Source: Gemmatimonas sp.
GTDB taxonomy: Bacteria > Gemmatimonadota > Gemmatimonadetes > Gemmatimonadales > Gemmatimonadaceae
Direction: 5' to 3'
DNA: 64,000 bases
Assembly (NCBI GenBank): GCA_031414535.1
Contig: JANNVQ010000001.1
Span: 30,744 to 94,743 of the forward strand
Shown: in pieces, positions 40,455 to 49,281 of the stretch
Numbering within the stretch: position 1 is the stretch's first letter
Layout: every line of letters starts with the position of its first letter
Made by a program: the position numbers and the translations under genes
Notes under the pieces: model-generated
What the model was told of the DNA's origin: nothing
Database searches by the model: none
The model's input: the letters and a program-made list of their open reading frames with translations, nothing else

Positions 40455-42083
40455 ATGCGTATCCCGTTGCTGATTGTGCTCGCGCTGGCGGCCCCCTCTT
40501 GGGGCCAGGCTGCCGCACAGGGAATTCCGGTCGGCGGGTGGATTGAGGATTACGCGCGGATGCTGCAGCTCACGGGGCAGATTCCCGTGACCCCTCTCAC
40601 AGTGCGCCCGAACGCTCTCAGCGACTTACGCGCGCTGTCCGCCGCGACCGGCTCGCATGCTTGGCGCGCGGCGATTGAGAATCGCACGACTCGTGAGGTC
40701 GCCGGCAGCGGCTTCCGCGTACAGGCGCTGCCCTCGGAGGTGCAGACCTTTGCGAACACCAGCCGTCCCTGGGGATGGAACGACGGCGCCGTGTGGCAAG
40801 GCAAGGCGGTCACGCTCGCGGCGCAGACAGGCGCAGAAGCACGATGGGGACCGGTCACGCTGACGCTTGCGCCCTTGATCACGTACAGCGCCAATGTCGA
40901 TTTCGACCTGTCGCCGATTCCGGTGCCGACCGGACTGTCGCCGTATGCTTACCCGGTCATTGGTGGTGGGACGCTGGATGCCCCGCAACGCTTTGGCAGT
41001 GAGCCGGTGCAGCGCCTCGACTGGGGGAACACGAACCTGCGTGTGGATTGGGGGCCCGTGGCACTCGGCCTATCGCATGAGAGCTTGTGGTGGGGCCCTG
41101 GGCGGCGGAATGACATCTTGCTCACCAACAACGCACCGGGATTTTGGCACGCCCATCTCTCGCTCAACAAGCCCGTCTCGGTCGGCATTGGCACGATTAG
41201 CGGTCGTTGGATCTGGGGCAGCCTGCGGGAGTCGGCCTTCTTCGACACCATTCCGGCAAACGACCGGCGCTATATGACAGGCGCGGCCATCGCCTTCGTA
41301 CCGCGGTGGGCGAAGGGCCTTGAATTGGGTGCGGCCCGCCTCTTCCTCGAGACTTGGACGCACCCCAGAGGGCTGAACGAGATTCTCTACCTCGTTCGCC
41401 CCGTGTTCAAGCGTTCGCAATTCAGCGCCAGCAATCCCGAGGGCGACGACAACCAGGACCAAGTCGCGGCCGTGTTTGCGCGCTGGACCCTGCCGGCCTC
41501 GGGCTTGGAACTATACGGCGAGTGGGCAAAGGGTGATCACAGTGCCGACCTTCGCGATCTGCTCGTGGAGCCGGAACACGCCAGCGCGTACTTGATGGGC
41601 CTCCAGAAGATTCTATCGCACACACCCGAGCGCACGTGGCGCTTCGGTAGCGAACTTACGATCCTCGGCGCTCCACGCAGCGCAGTGGCAAGATACGCAG
41701 GCGCTGGATTCTTCTACGTCCATTACGAGATTGGACAGGGTTACACGCAGCGAGGTCAGATTCTCGGTGCCGGTATCGGCCCGGGCTCCTCGCAACTCTC
41801 ACTGGCGCTCGACCGCTTCGCCCCTTGGGGCAGCGTCGGCGTCGCGTTCCTCCGCACGGTGTATGACAACGACCGATTCTTCAGGCAGCCGAGCCCCCAG
41901 AGTGGGAGTAGCGAGGTGGAGCCCAGTGTGTCGGCAAACGCGATGGTCTTTCGGGGCCCCTGGGATTTCTCTGCATCGGTCACGGGGAGTAGCTTATTTA
42001 ACCATCGGTACATACCGGGCAACGATTCGTACAACGTGAACGTGAGCATCAGCGCGCGCTACCATCCCTCGAGGGCACGGTGA
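40455..42083 (+). CDS. Capsule assembly Wzi family outer-membrane protein
   Basis: Signal peptide; WNDGAVWQGK, LWWGPG....LLTNNAPG and YTQRGQILGAGIGPGS. Confidence 0.7.
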   Translation: MRIPLLIVLALAAPSWGQAAAQGIPVGGWIEDYARMLQLTGQIPVTPLTVRPNALSDLRALSAATGSHAWRAAIENRTTREVAGSGFRVQALPSEVQTFANTSRPWGWNDGAVWQGKAVTLAAQTGAEARWGPVTLTLAPLITYSANVDFDLSPIPVPTGLSPYAYPVIGGGTLDAPQRFGSEPVQRLDWGNTNLRVDWGPVALGLSHESLWWGPGRRNDILLTNNAPGFWHAHLSLNKPVSVGIGTISGRWIWGSLRESAFFDTIPANDRRYMTGAAIAFVPRWAKGLELGAARLFLETWTHPRGLNEILYLVRPVFKRSQFSASNPEGDDNQDQVAAVFARWTLPASGLELYGEWAKGDHSADLRDLLVEPEHASAYLMGLQKILSHTPERTWRFGSELTILGAPRSAVARYAGAGFFYVHYEIGQGYTQRGQILGAGIGPGSSQLSLALDRFAPWGSVGVAFLRTVYDNDRFFRQPSPQSGSSEVEPSVSANAMVFRGPWDFSASVTGSSLFNHRYIPGNDSYNVNVSISARYHPSRAR

Positions 42084-42709
42084 CATCCGGCCACTTCGTG
42101 TCCAATCGTGATGAATCGCCGCGTCTGTTCATGACGCCGTGGCTAGAACGGCTCTCGCACGTACATCCCGCGGTGCCGATCCTGCTCTATGCGCCGGTCA
42201 TAGCATTCTTTACGTGGCGCGCATTGGCAACGTCGAGCTTGCTGGGAACCCTAAGTCAGCTCTTGGCTGGACTGCTCGTGTGGACCCTCGTCGAGTACGC
42301 CTTGCATCGCTGGGTGTTCCACTACGAGCCGACAACGACGTGGGGGCAGCGTATCCATTTTCTCTCGCACGGTGTGCATCACGACTACCCGCGTGACAGC
42401 ACGCGCTTGGTCATGCCACCCGCGGTCAGCCTGCCTCTCGCGGTGCTGTTCTGGGCGAGCTTCAGCCTGCTCACGACACGGTACGCCGATGGGCTGTTCG
42501 CAGGTTTCGTACTCGGATACCTGATGTACGACATGATTCACTTCGCCACCCACCACTGGCCAATGCACGGTCGGATTGGGCGCGCACTCAAGCGCTACCA
42601 CCTCTTGCATCACTACGACGACGACGACGCAGGTTTCGGTGTGAGCTCGCCACTGTGGGATGCCGTGTTCGGAACCCTACCGCGCCGGCGCCAAGGCGCG
42701 AAAAGCTAG
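42080..42709 (+). CDS. Fatty acid 2-hydroxylase (FA2H/Scs7-like)
   Basis: His boxes EYALHRWVFH, HGVHHDYP.D..RLVMPP, YDMIHFATHH and KRYHLLHHY; GFGVSSPLWD.VFGT. Confidence 0.88.
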   Translation: MTSGHFVSNRDESPRLFMTPWLERLSHVHPAVPILLYAPVIAFFTWRALATSSLLGTLSQLLAGLLVWTLVEYALHRWVFHYEPTTTWGQRIHFLSHGVHHDYPRDSTRLVMPPAVSLPLAVLFWASFSLLTTRYADGLFAGFVLGYLMYDMIHFATHHWPMHGRIGRALKRYHLLHHYDDDDAGFGVSSPLWDAVFGTLPRRRQGAKS

Positions 42710-43836
42710 TGGAATCGGTCGTTGTAGCCTTCGCCGCGCCAGTGGATCGGGCGCTTGCTGAGCAACGAGACGGCGAGAATCGGTAGCATCACGACCTGTA
42801 CGAGCTGAAGGAGCAGCGGCTCGTAGAACCGCAGGTGACTGCCCGCACGACGCGCTTGGGTTCCCAACAACCAAACGTCGGCTAGGCACTTCGCGGCGAC
42901 AACGAGAGCCCAGGGAATGAGCGCTAAGCGCCAGCCCAACAGCATTAGGGCCGCGACGACCGTCCCCCACAGGATCGCGGCCGCGAGCCCCAATGCGTAT
43001 CGCCAGTCCTGGGCCACGCCACCGCCTAGGAAGCGTCGCATCTGGCTCAGCAAATGCGCGGGCGATGGGACGGGCGTGAGCACCGCCGCAGTCTCTGGGT
43101 CAAGGTAGTTCTGCATTGTGCCCCCGTCCGCCGTTGCCAAGTGGAAGAGCGTCAGGTCTTCGGCCACTCGTCCCGGTACTGCCTGCAAACCGCCGCCGCG
43201 CTCATACGCGCTGCGCCTGATTCCCATGTTTGGGCCAACCGCCGCAACTGCCGCGCCCCAGCCAGCGAGGCCGTGGTTGATTGGCTGCAGCATCAAGTTC
43301 AGTACCCGCTCGGCGGCGCCCCACCATTGCCGTGGCTCCACGAGAACCGTGCCGCCCACAACGGTGTCCTCACACGTGGCAGCGCCAATCATGTGCCGCA
43401 CCCACTTGGGCGGCACCGCAGCATCCGCGTCCGTGATCAACACCCACGCTCCAGTGGCATGCGCAAAGCCATGAGCGATGCCGCGCGCCTTGGCTGCGAG
43501 CCCGTTGTCGGGGAGCGCAGACGTGTGGAGCGCGAGCACGTGCGGATGCGCACGGGCGACGGCGTCAATCAATGCTCCGGTTCCGTCAGTGGAGCGATCG
43601 TTGACGAGCACCAGCTGCAGCATGCCCGCTGGATACTCCAGCGCCAACAAGGCCGCGAGACAGCGCGGCAGATCACGCTCCTCATTCCGTGCGCTGACCA
43701 CCACCGTCACGGCAGGCGCCTGCGCATCGCTGATGGATCGTGAGCGCGCGAGCCGACGAATGCCAAGCACCAAGACCACAACCGCGAGCGGGTAAATGCC
43801 GACACAGACCAGCATAGCGATTACGAGCGGATCCAC
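42706..43836 (-). CDS. Membrane GT2 glycosyltransferase, candidate ceramide glycosyltransferase
   Basis: N-terminal TM; VSARNEE, VNDRSTD, ITDAD, AEDL and QMRRF (QxxRW-like); last gene of the SPT operon. Confidence 0.8.
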   Translation of the reverse strand: MDPLVIAMLVCVGIYPLAVVVLVLGIRRLARSRSISDAQAPAVTVVVSARNEERDLPRCLAALLALEYPAGMLQLVLVNDRSTDGTGALIDAVARAHPHVLALHTSALPDNGLAAKARGIAHGFAHATGAWVLITDADAAVPPKWVRHMIGAATCEDTVVGGTVLVEPRQWWGAAERVLNLMLQPINHGLAGWGAAVAAVGPNMGIRRSAYERGGGLQAVPGRVAEDLTLFHLATADGGTMQNYLDPETAAVLTPVPSPAHLLSQMRRFLGGGVAQDWRYALGLAAAILWGTVVAALMLLGWRLALIPWALVVAAKCLADVWLLGTQARRAGSHLRFYEPLLLQLVQVVMLPILAVSLLSKRPIHWRGEGYNDRFH

Positions 43837-44801
43837 TTCGCCTCCCGGTACCACTCGTAGGTGCGCGCCCATCCATCGGCGCGTGTGACGAGCGGTCGCC
43901 AGCCCAGCGTCTGAGTGAGCCCAGTCGCCGCGCAAAGCCAGTAGGCATGCCGCGCGAGATCGAGCTTGGCGCGGGTGAGCAGCGGATCCATCCCGCGCAG
44001 GCCTGCAACGAACTCGCTGCCGATAGCCGCCACCCACAACGCGGCTGCAGGTACCGTTAGACGCGGTGGCGAGCGGCGCAGCACCGCCGAAATCTCGTCA
44101 TATACGCTGCCCCAGGTCGCGGGCGCGCCATCTTCCACAAAAAAGCTTCGTCCCAAGGCTTCCTCGCGCACCGCCGCCAGACGCAGCGCCGCCACGACAT
44201 CATGCACATGCACGAGCGATAAACCATGCCACGAAGGCGAGGCCTGCAGCGCGAGCGGACGGCGGAGTTGCTCAAACACCTGCAGGAAGTCACGGTCGCG
44301 AGGGCCATACACGGCCGAAGGCCGAATGATCACCGCTGGCAAGCCCGCGCCGCGCACCGCCGCCTCGGCCTGGAACTTGCTCTGGCCATAGGCATCAACC
44401 GGCTGCGCGTCATCAGCATCAGTCACGGGCGCCTGTGCCGAACGTGCTGGGCCCGCCGCCGCCTGCGAGGACACAAACACTAGTCGCGGCACCGAGCTGA
44501 GTTGCGCGAGAACCTCGGCAAGACGCGCCGTTGGTTTCACGTTGTCCATCGCGAAGTCAGCAGGATTGAGCGCACGCGTTCGCGCCGCGAGGTGAAACAC
44601 ATGCGTCGCCCCCTGCCACAGACTCGCCTTCCGCGCATCCGCCGCGAAGAGATCCACCATGTGCGCCGTGGTGCCACGCGGCGCCGGTCCCTGCGCCACG
44701 CCTGGACGTCGCAGCACGCGCACTTCAACCCCGTCGGCGACCAGCGAGTCCACGAGGTTCGCGCCAATAAAGCCGGAGGCACCGGTAACAACGGCAATCA
44801 T
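43821..44801 (-). CDS. NAD(P)-dependent epimerase/reductase, candidate ceramide reductase (CerR-like)
   Basis: VTGASGFIG, FHLAA, VSSQAAAGP, YGQSK and RPSAVYGPRD; the CerR role is inferred from context. Confidence 0.8.
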   Translation of the reverse strand: MIAVVTGASGFIGANLVDSLVADGVEVRVLRRPGVAQGPAPRGTTAHMVDLFAADARKASLWQGATHVFHLAARTRALNPADFAMDNVKPTARLAEVLAQLSSVPRLVFVSSQAAAGPARSAQAPVTDADDAQPVDAYGQSKFQAEAAVRGAGLPAVIIRPSAVYGPRDRDFLQVFEQLRRPLALQASPSWHGLSLVHVHDVVAALRLAAVREEALGRSFFVEDGAPATWGSVYDEISAVLRRSPPRLTVPAAALWVAAIGSEFVAGLRGMDPLLTRAKLDLARHAYWLCAATGLTQTLGWRPLVTRADGWARTYEWYREAKWIRS

Positions 44802-44811
44802 ACGTGACGCG

Positions 44812-45972
44812 TCACTGCGGCGAAGGCCCGATGGCGCGTTCGTAGAGGCGCCACCGCATGCACTCGTCCGCACCAAGGGAACGCATGGATTTCACGATGA
44901 GATGGTTGTCCTCGAGCAACCACGAAGCCTCGGCGCGCTTGGTCACCGCGCTCTTCAGGCCACGCTGCATCAACTCGCGCGTGAACAAGGGCAGGATGGG
45001 ACGTGAGCGGAACGCCGAACGCACGCCGAGTGCCATCACGCGAATAGAAGGTGCGCGACGCTTGTGCCACAGCAGGCGCAGCAATCCCATAGGAATGAGC
45101 CTGCCGCTTCGGTGATTCCGGAGCGTGTCGTTGAAGTCAACCACCGAAAGGAGAAATGCCACGGGCACGCCATCCACGGATGCGATGTAGCAGTAGCCGG
45201 GCGCCAGCAGGTGCCGCACATCCTTGGCCAAGTGGCGGAACTCTGCTTCCGTGAACGGCACGAAGCCCCAGTTCGCTTCCCACGCCTCGTTGTAGATGTC
45301 CCAGAGGATTGCGACCTCGCGATCGAAGTGCTGCGGCTCGATGTCGCGGAGCGTGATGCCTGCGCGAAGCGCGCGCTCGCTGTGTCGCTCGAGGATTGGC
45401 GGCGGCGTGAAGTTCGGCGTACTCACATCAAAGCGAAATCCAAGCAGATCCTTTGCTTGCCGACACCCCGCCTCAATACAGAGCCGGTCGTAGTACGGCG
45501 GATTCCATGCCGTCATGAACGTGGGGCGCAGCTCAAACCCGCCCACGAGTAGCCCACACTCGTAATTCGTGCTCGGGTTGAAGGGCCCGCTCATGCTGGT
45601 GAGTCCGCGCGCCCCAAGCCAGTCAGCGGCGGCGGCGAATAGGGCCGTGGCCGCCTCCTGATCATCCATGCACTCGAAAAAGCCAAAGAATCCCACGCTG
45701 TCCCCGTGGAATCGGTTGTGGGCTCGATTCTCGATTGCGGCAATGCGGCCCACGATCTCGTCGCCACGCATCGCGAGCAGGAGTTCACGCGATGCGTCGG
45801 CGTAGAACGGATGGCTCGGGCGCAACGCATCCTCCACCGACATGCGCAGTGGCGGGACCCAGTTGGGATACTGCTCAGGCTGGTAGAGCTGCCACGCGAA
45901 ATCTATGAATCGCGTGAGGTCCCGCCGACTTTCAACGCGGCGGATGACGACGGGAAGAGCGGAGTGGCGCAC
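44812..45972 (-). CDS. GNAT-type N-acyltransferase, bacterial ceramide synthase (bCerS)-like
   Basis: WVPPL, GRIAAI.N..HN, GFFGFFEC, GPFNPSTN.ECGLLV.GF, NPPYY, YNEAWEANWGFVP and EASWLLEDN. Confidence 0.8.
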   Translation of the reverse strand: MRHSALPVVIRRVESRRDLTRFIDFAWQLYQPEQYPNWVPPLRMSVEDALRPSHPFYADASRELLLAMRGDEIVGRIAAIENRAHNRFHGDSVGFFGFFECMDDQEAATALFAAAADWLGARGLTSMSGPFNPSTNYECGLLVGGFELRPTFMTAWNPPYYDRLCIEAGCRQAKDLLGFRFDVSTPNFTPPPILERHSERALRAGITLRDIEPQHFDREVAILWDIYNEAWEANWGFVPFTEAEFRHLAKDVRHLLAPGYCYIASVDGVPVAFLLSVVDFNDTLRNHRSGRLIPMGLLRLLWHKRRAPSIRVMALGVRSAFRSRPILPLFTRELMQRGLKSAVTKRAEASWLLEDNHLIVKSMRSLGADECMRWRLYERAIGPSPQ

Positions 45973-48900
45973 TCTCCAAAGCTAGCGCCTGCTCGAGTGC
46001 GTTCACAGCGCGGGTAATGTCCGCGGAGCGGTGCGACGACGACACGAAGAAGCGTACGCGCGCCTGCCCTTCTGGAACCGAGGGCGGCAGCATTGGGGGC
46101 GCCTCAATGCCCAAAGCACGCAGTTCTTGGCTCAGGCGCAGGGCCCGCTCCGAGTCGCCCACGATGACCGGCACGATAGCCGAACCGTAGCTGGCGCCGG
46201 TGTTGATGCCACGCTCCCGACACGCCGCCACGAATTCGGCGGTGCGCTCCCGCACGGCGCTCACCCGCTCAGGCTCGGCGCGCATTACCCGCAAGGCGGC
46301 CAGCGCCGCCGCCGCATTGGCCGGCGTCATTCCCACGCTGAACACGAAGCCCGGTGCGCTAAAGCGCAAATAGTCCACGAGCTCGGCGCGCCCGGCGATG
46401 TACCCGCCACAGCTCGCGAGGGTCTTGCTCAGCGTTCCCATCCAAATGTCTACAGACATGGGATCAACACCCGCATGCTCAGCGAGCCCGCGGCCGGTCG
46501 CACCAATCACGCCGAGACTGTGCGCCTCGTCCACCATGAGCAACGCGTGATGACGGTTCTTCACTTCAACGAAACGCGCCAGATCGGGAATGTCACCATC
46601 AGCGCTATACACGCCTTCAATGATTACCAGCGCGCGACGATGCCCCGGACGCAAGCGTCTGAGCAGGGCGTCCAACGCCTCCCAGTCGTTGTGCGGAAAC
46701 AGCAGGTGCCGAGCGCCCGACTGCGCGGCACCGAGCATGGCGCTGTTATGGAGCAGCGCGTCGCAGAGCACGAGATCGTCGGAGCCAAGCAGGTGCGGAA
46801 TGGTCGTCGCGTTCGTTGCGTGCCCGCTCACGAAGGCGAGCGCCGATGGCACGCCAGTGAACGCGGCTAACTCTTCTTCGAGCTCACGGTGGACCGCACG
46901 CTCGCCAGAGACGAGGCGACTGGCCGACGCCGAGGTGCCCCAGCGCGTGATCGCGTCGTGCGTCGCACTGAGTACGGCGGGATGTCCACCCAGCCCGAGG
47001 TAGTTGTACGACGCGAAGTTGAGCAGGGACTGACCCTCGACCACGCTCAGTCGCCCGGCGATGCCATCGTGTGGCTGGAAGAACATCGAGGCAAGGCCGG
47101 CTTCAGTCAGGTCGCGACGGCGCTCGGCCATCGCGCGCACCTCTGGCCACTTGGACATGTCCGTCGTCTCGGCCGGCGAGGGCAATGGCGTGCTGCCAGA
47201 ATCGCGTCGTGCGCCCCGCTCCCCGCGTAGCGCGAAGGTCACGATCGCGCGCACCGACGGCTGCTCCCAGAGTTCGGTGGCGACGAGACGCCGCCCCACG
47301 CGTTCCTCGAGCGCCACGGCGAGCGAGGTCATGCCAAGGGAGTCGAGGCCGAGGTCTCGCGGCGCCGCATCGGCGGAGAGCGTCGCAACATCCTGTGCCG
47401 TCTCCTGCGCAATCCAATCGAGGACAAACGCAATCGTCGCGTCCACGGGCAGCGTGGCCGGACGATCGGGGCTTCGCCAGCGACCGACGATATCGAGCGA
47501 GCCGTCGAGAAAGGCGTTGCGACAGGCGCGGCGCTGCAGCTTGCCACTCGACGTGCGCGGGATGCCGTTCAATCGCACGAGCACAATCTCGTGCGGCGAA
47601 ACGCCAGGGCCCGAGCCGAGCTCGCGTCGAATCGCCTGCCAGATGAGACGGTCGGATGCGCTGTCGTGGTGGCGGCCGACTTCCACCGCAATCACCAAGC
47701 GATCCGGTGCGCCACTGTCCGTTCCCGCCGGCACGGCAAAGGCTGCGCAATGTCCGCGGCGCAGCCCCTCGTGCGCACGCGTGACGGCGACCTCGAGGTC
47801 CTGCGGGTAGTAATTGCGACCCTGCAGGATGATGATGTCCTTCAGGCGCCCCGTGACAATGAGCTCTCCGCGCAGCATGGCGCCGAGATCTCCCGTCCGG
47901 AGGAAGCGGTCGGGCCGGCCTGGCACCTGCGCGTGCAAGAGCGCGTCCGAGGCTGGCCGATTCCAATAGCCGTCCGTGACGCTGGGGCTAGACACCCATA
48001 TCTCACCGACCCGACCCTCAGGGAGGACGTCGCCCGTGTCGGGATCGATGATCGCAATCTCCGTCCCTGGCGCCGGCACGCCGGCGGTCACGAGGGCCTG
48101 CGCCTCCGCTGCGTCGGGCTTGCAGGCGACGAGCGTGCCGCCCAACAGTTCTTCGCGTTGCACGAACGCGGTTGAGGCGCCCTGCCCTGAGTGCCCACCT
48201 GAAACGAACAGTGTAGCCTCAGCGAGCCCATAGCAGGGAAACATCGCGCGCGCATTAAAGCCCGCCGGGGCGAACGCTTCGGCGAAGCGCTGCATGGTCT
48301 CGTAGCGCACGGGCTCCGCGCCATTGAAGCACACGCGTAAGGCCGAGAGATCGAGCTGAGCGCGCTCCTCGGGAGTCGTGCGATCCACACACAAGTCAAA
48401 GGCGGAGTTCGGTCCGCCCGCCATGGTGGCGCGCCGCTCGGACATCGCCTGCAGCCACACGGCAGGCCGCTGCAAGAACGTCGCGGGGGTCAGAAGGGCC
48501 GTCGGCACCGCCGCATAAATGGGCTCGAGCACGCCGCCAATGAGTCCCATGTCGTGAAATGGCGGCAGCCAGAACACCGCATTGTCACTCTTCCGGAAGT
48601 CCGACACCCGGTGGATGACGGCCAAGTTGGCGAGGAGATGCCGGTGGGTGAGCATCACGCCGCGCGGGTCACCCGTGGAGCCAGACGTGTACTGGAGCAT
48701 CGCCAGCGAATCGCCGGTTACGTCGGGCGCCTGCCAGAGCGATGCATCGGAACTCTCGGCGTCCGACACATCCACCCACTGCAAATCGCGCAACTCAGGA
48801 GCGAGCGCGAGCCAGCCCTCGAGGCGCAACATCAGTTCGGGGGACACCAAGGCCGCTTTGGCCCCACAATCGGCGACGATCCGGCTCACGCGCGGATCTG

Positions 48901-49249
48901 CACGACGCGGGTTGGGCGGATACGCGGGAACGGCAACGACGCCGGCATAGAGGCAGGCGAAGAACGCCGTCACGTAATCCAGCCCAGGCGGAACCAACAG
49001 CACCACACGGTCCCCGGGAATTGTCCGATCGCCGAGCCGAACGGCGAGGGCGCGCGCGCGCGCCTGCAGCTCGCCGAACGTGCGGGTACCGCGGGTCTCT
49101 CCGTCACCGCCAAGGAACGTGAACACCTCCTGCTCACCCTGTCGCAGGCTGCGGTATTCAAGTACGTCCACTAGGGTTTGCACCCGCGCCTGCAGGGCGT
49201 CGTCGGCTCGGAGTTCCACCGATGAAAAATGCACCTGTGGCACGGCCAT
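45932..49249 (-). CDS. Fatty acyl-AMP ligase - ACP - alpha-oxoamine synthase (serine palmitoyltransferase-like) fusion
   Basis: FAAL: LQYTSGSTG, WLPPFHDMGLIG, YGLAEATL, RTGDLG, PRTSSGK. ACP: LGLDSL. AOS: NFASYNYLGL, SASRLVSG, FPHND, DEAHSLG, GTLSK. Confidence 0.9.
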   Translation of the reverse strand: MAVPQVHFSSVELRADDALQARVQTLVDVLEYRSLRQGEQEVFTFLGGDGETRGTRTFGELQARARALAVRLGDRTIPGDRVVLLVPPGLDYVTAFFACLYAGVVAVPAYPPNPRRADPRVSRIVADCGAKAALVSPELMLRLEGWLALAPELRDLQWVDVSDAESSDASLWQAPDVTGDSLAMLQYTSGSTGDPRGVMLTHRHLLANLAVIHRVSDFRKSDNAVFWLPPFHDMGLIGGVLEPIYAAVPTALLTPATFLQRPAVWLQAMSERRATMAGGPNSAFDLCVDRTTPEERAQLDLSALRVCFNGAEPVRYETMQRFAEAFAPAGFNARAMFPCYGLAEATLFVSGGHSGQGASTAFVQREELLGGTLVACKPDAAEAQALVTAGVPAPGTEIAIIDPDTGDVLPEGRVGEIWVSSPSVTDGYWNRPASDALLHAQVPGRPDRFLRTGDLGAMLRGELIVTGRLKDIIILQGRNYYPQDLEVAVTRAHEGLRRGHCAAFAVPAGTDSGAPDRLVIAVEVGRHHDSASDRLIWQAIRRELGSGPGVSPHEIVLVRLNGIPRTSSGKLQRRACRNAFLDGSLDIVGRWRSPDRPATLPVDATIAFVLDWIAQETAQDVATLSADAAPRDLGLDSLGMTSLAVALEERVGRRLVATELWEQPSVRAIVTFALRGERGARRDSGSTPLPSPAETTDMSKWPEVRAMAERRRDLTEAGLASMFFQPHDGIAGRLSVVEGQSLLNFASYNYLGLGGHPAVLSATHDAITRWGTSASASRLVSGERAVHRELEEELAAFTGVPSALAFVSGHATNATTIPHLLGSDDLVLCDALLHNSAMLGAAQSGARHLLFPHNDWEALDALLRRLRPGHRRALVIIEGVYSADGDIPDLARFVEVKNRHHALLMVDEAHSLGVIGATGRGLAEHAGVDPMSVDIWMGTLSKTLASCGGYIAGRAELVDYLRFSAPGFVFSVGMTPANAAAALAALRVMRAEPERVSAVRERTAEFVAACRERGINTGASYGSAIVPVIVGDSERALRLSQELRALGIEAPPMLPPSVPEGQARVRFFVSSSHRSADITRAVNALEQALALESAPLRSSRRHPPR

Positions 49250-49281
49250 TGCTAGCGCAGATGACCTAGGGCGGACGTCGA

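Noticed and set aside
45932..47100. Calling the PLP domain BioF (biotin synthesis)
   Set aside because: It is fused to FAAL-ACP, no bio genes are in the window, and its neighbours are CerS-, CerR-, DEGS- and FA2H-like; SPT-like is the better reading, though unproven
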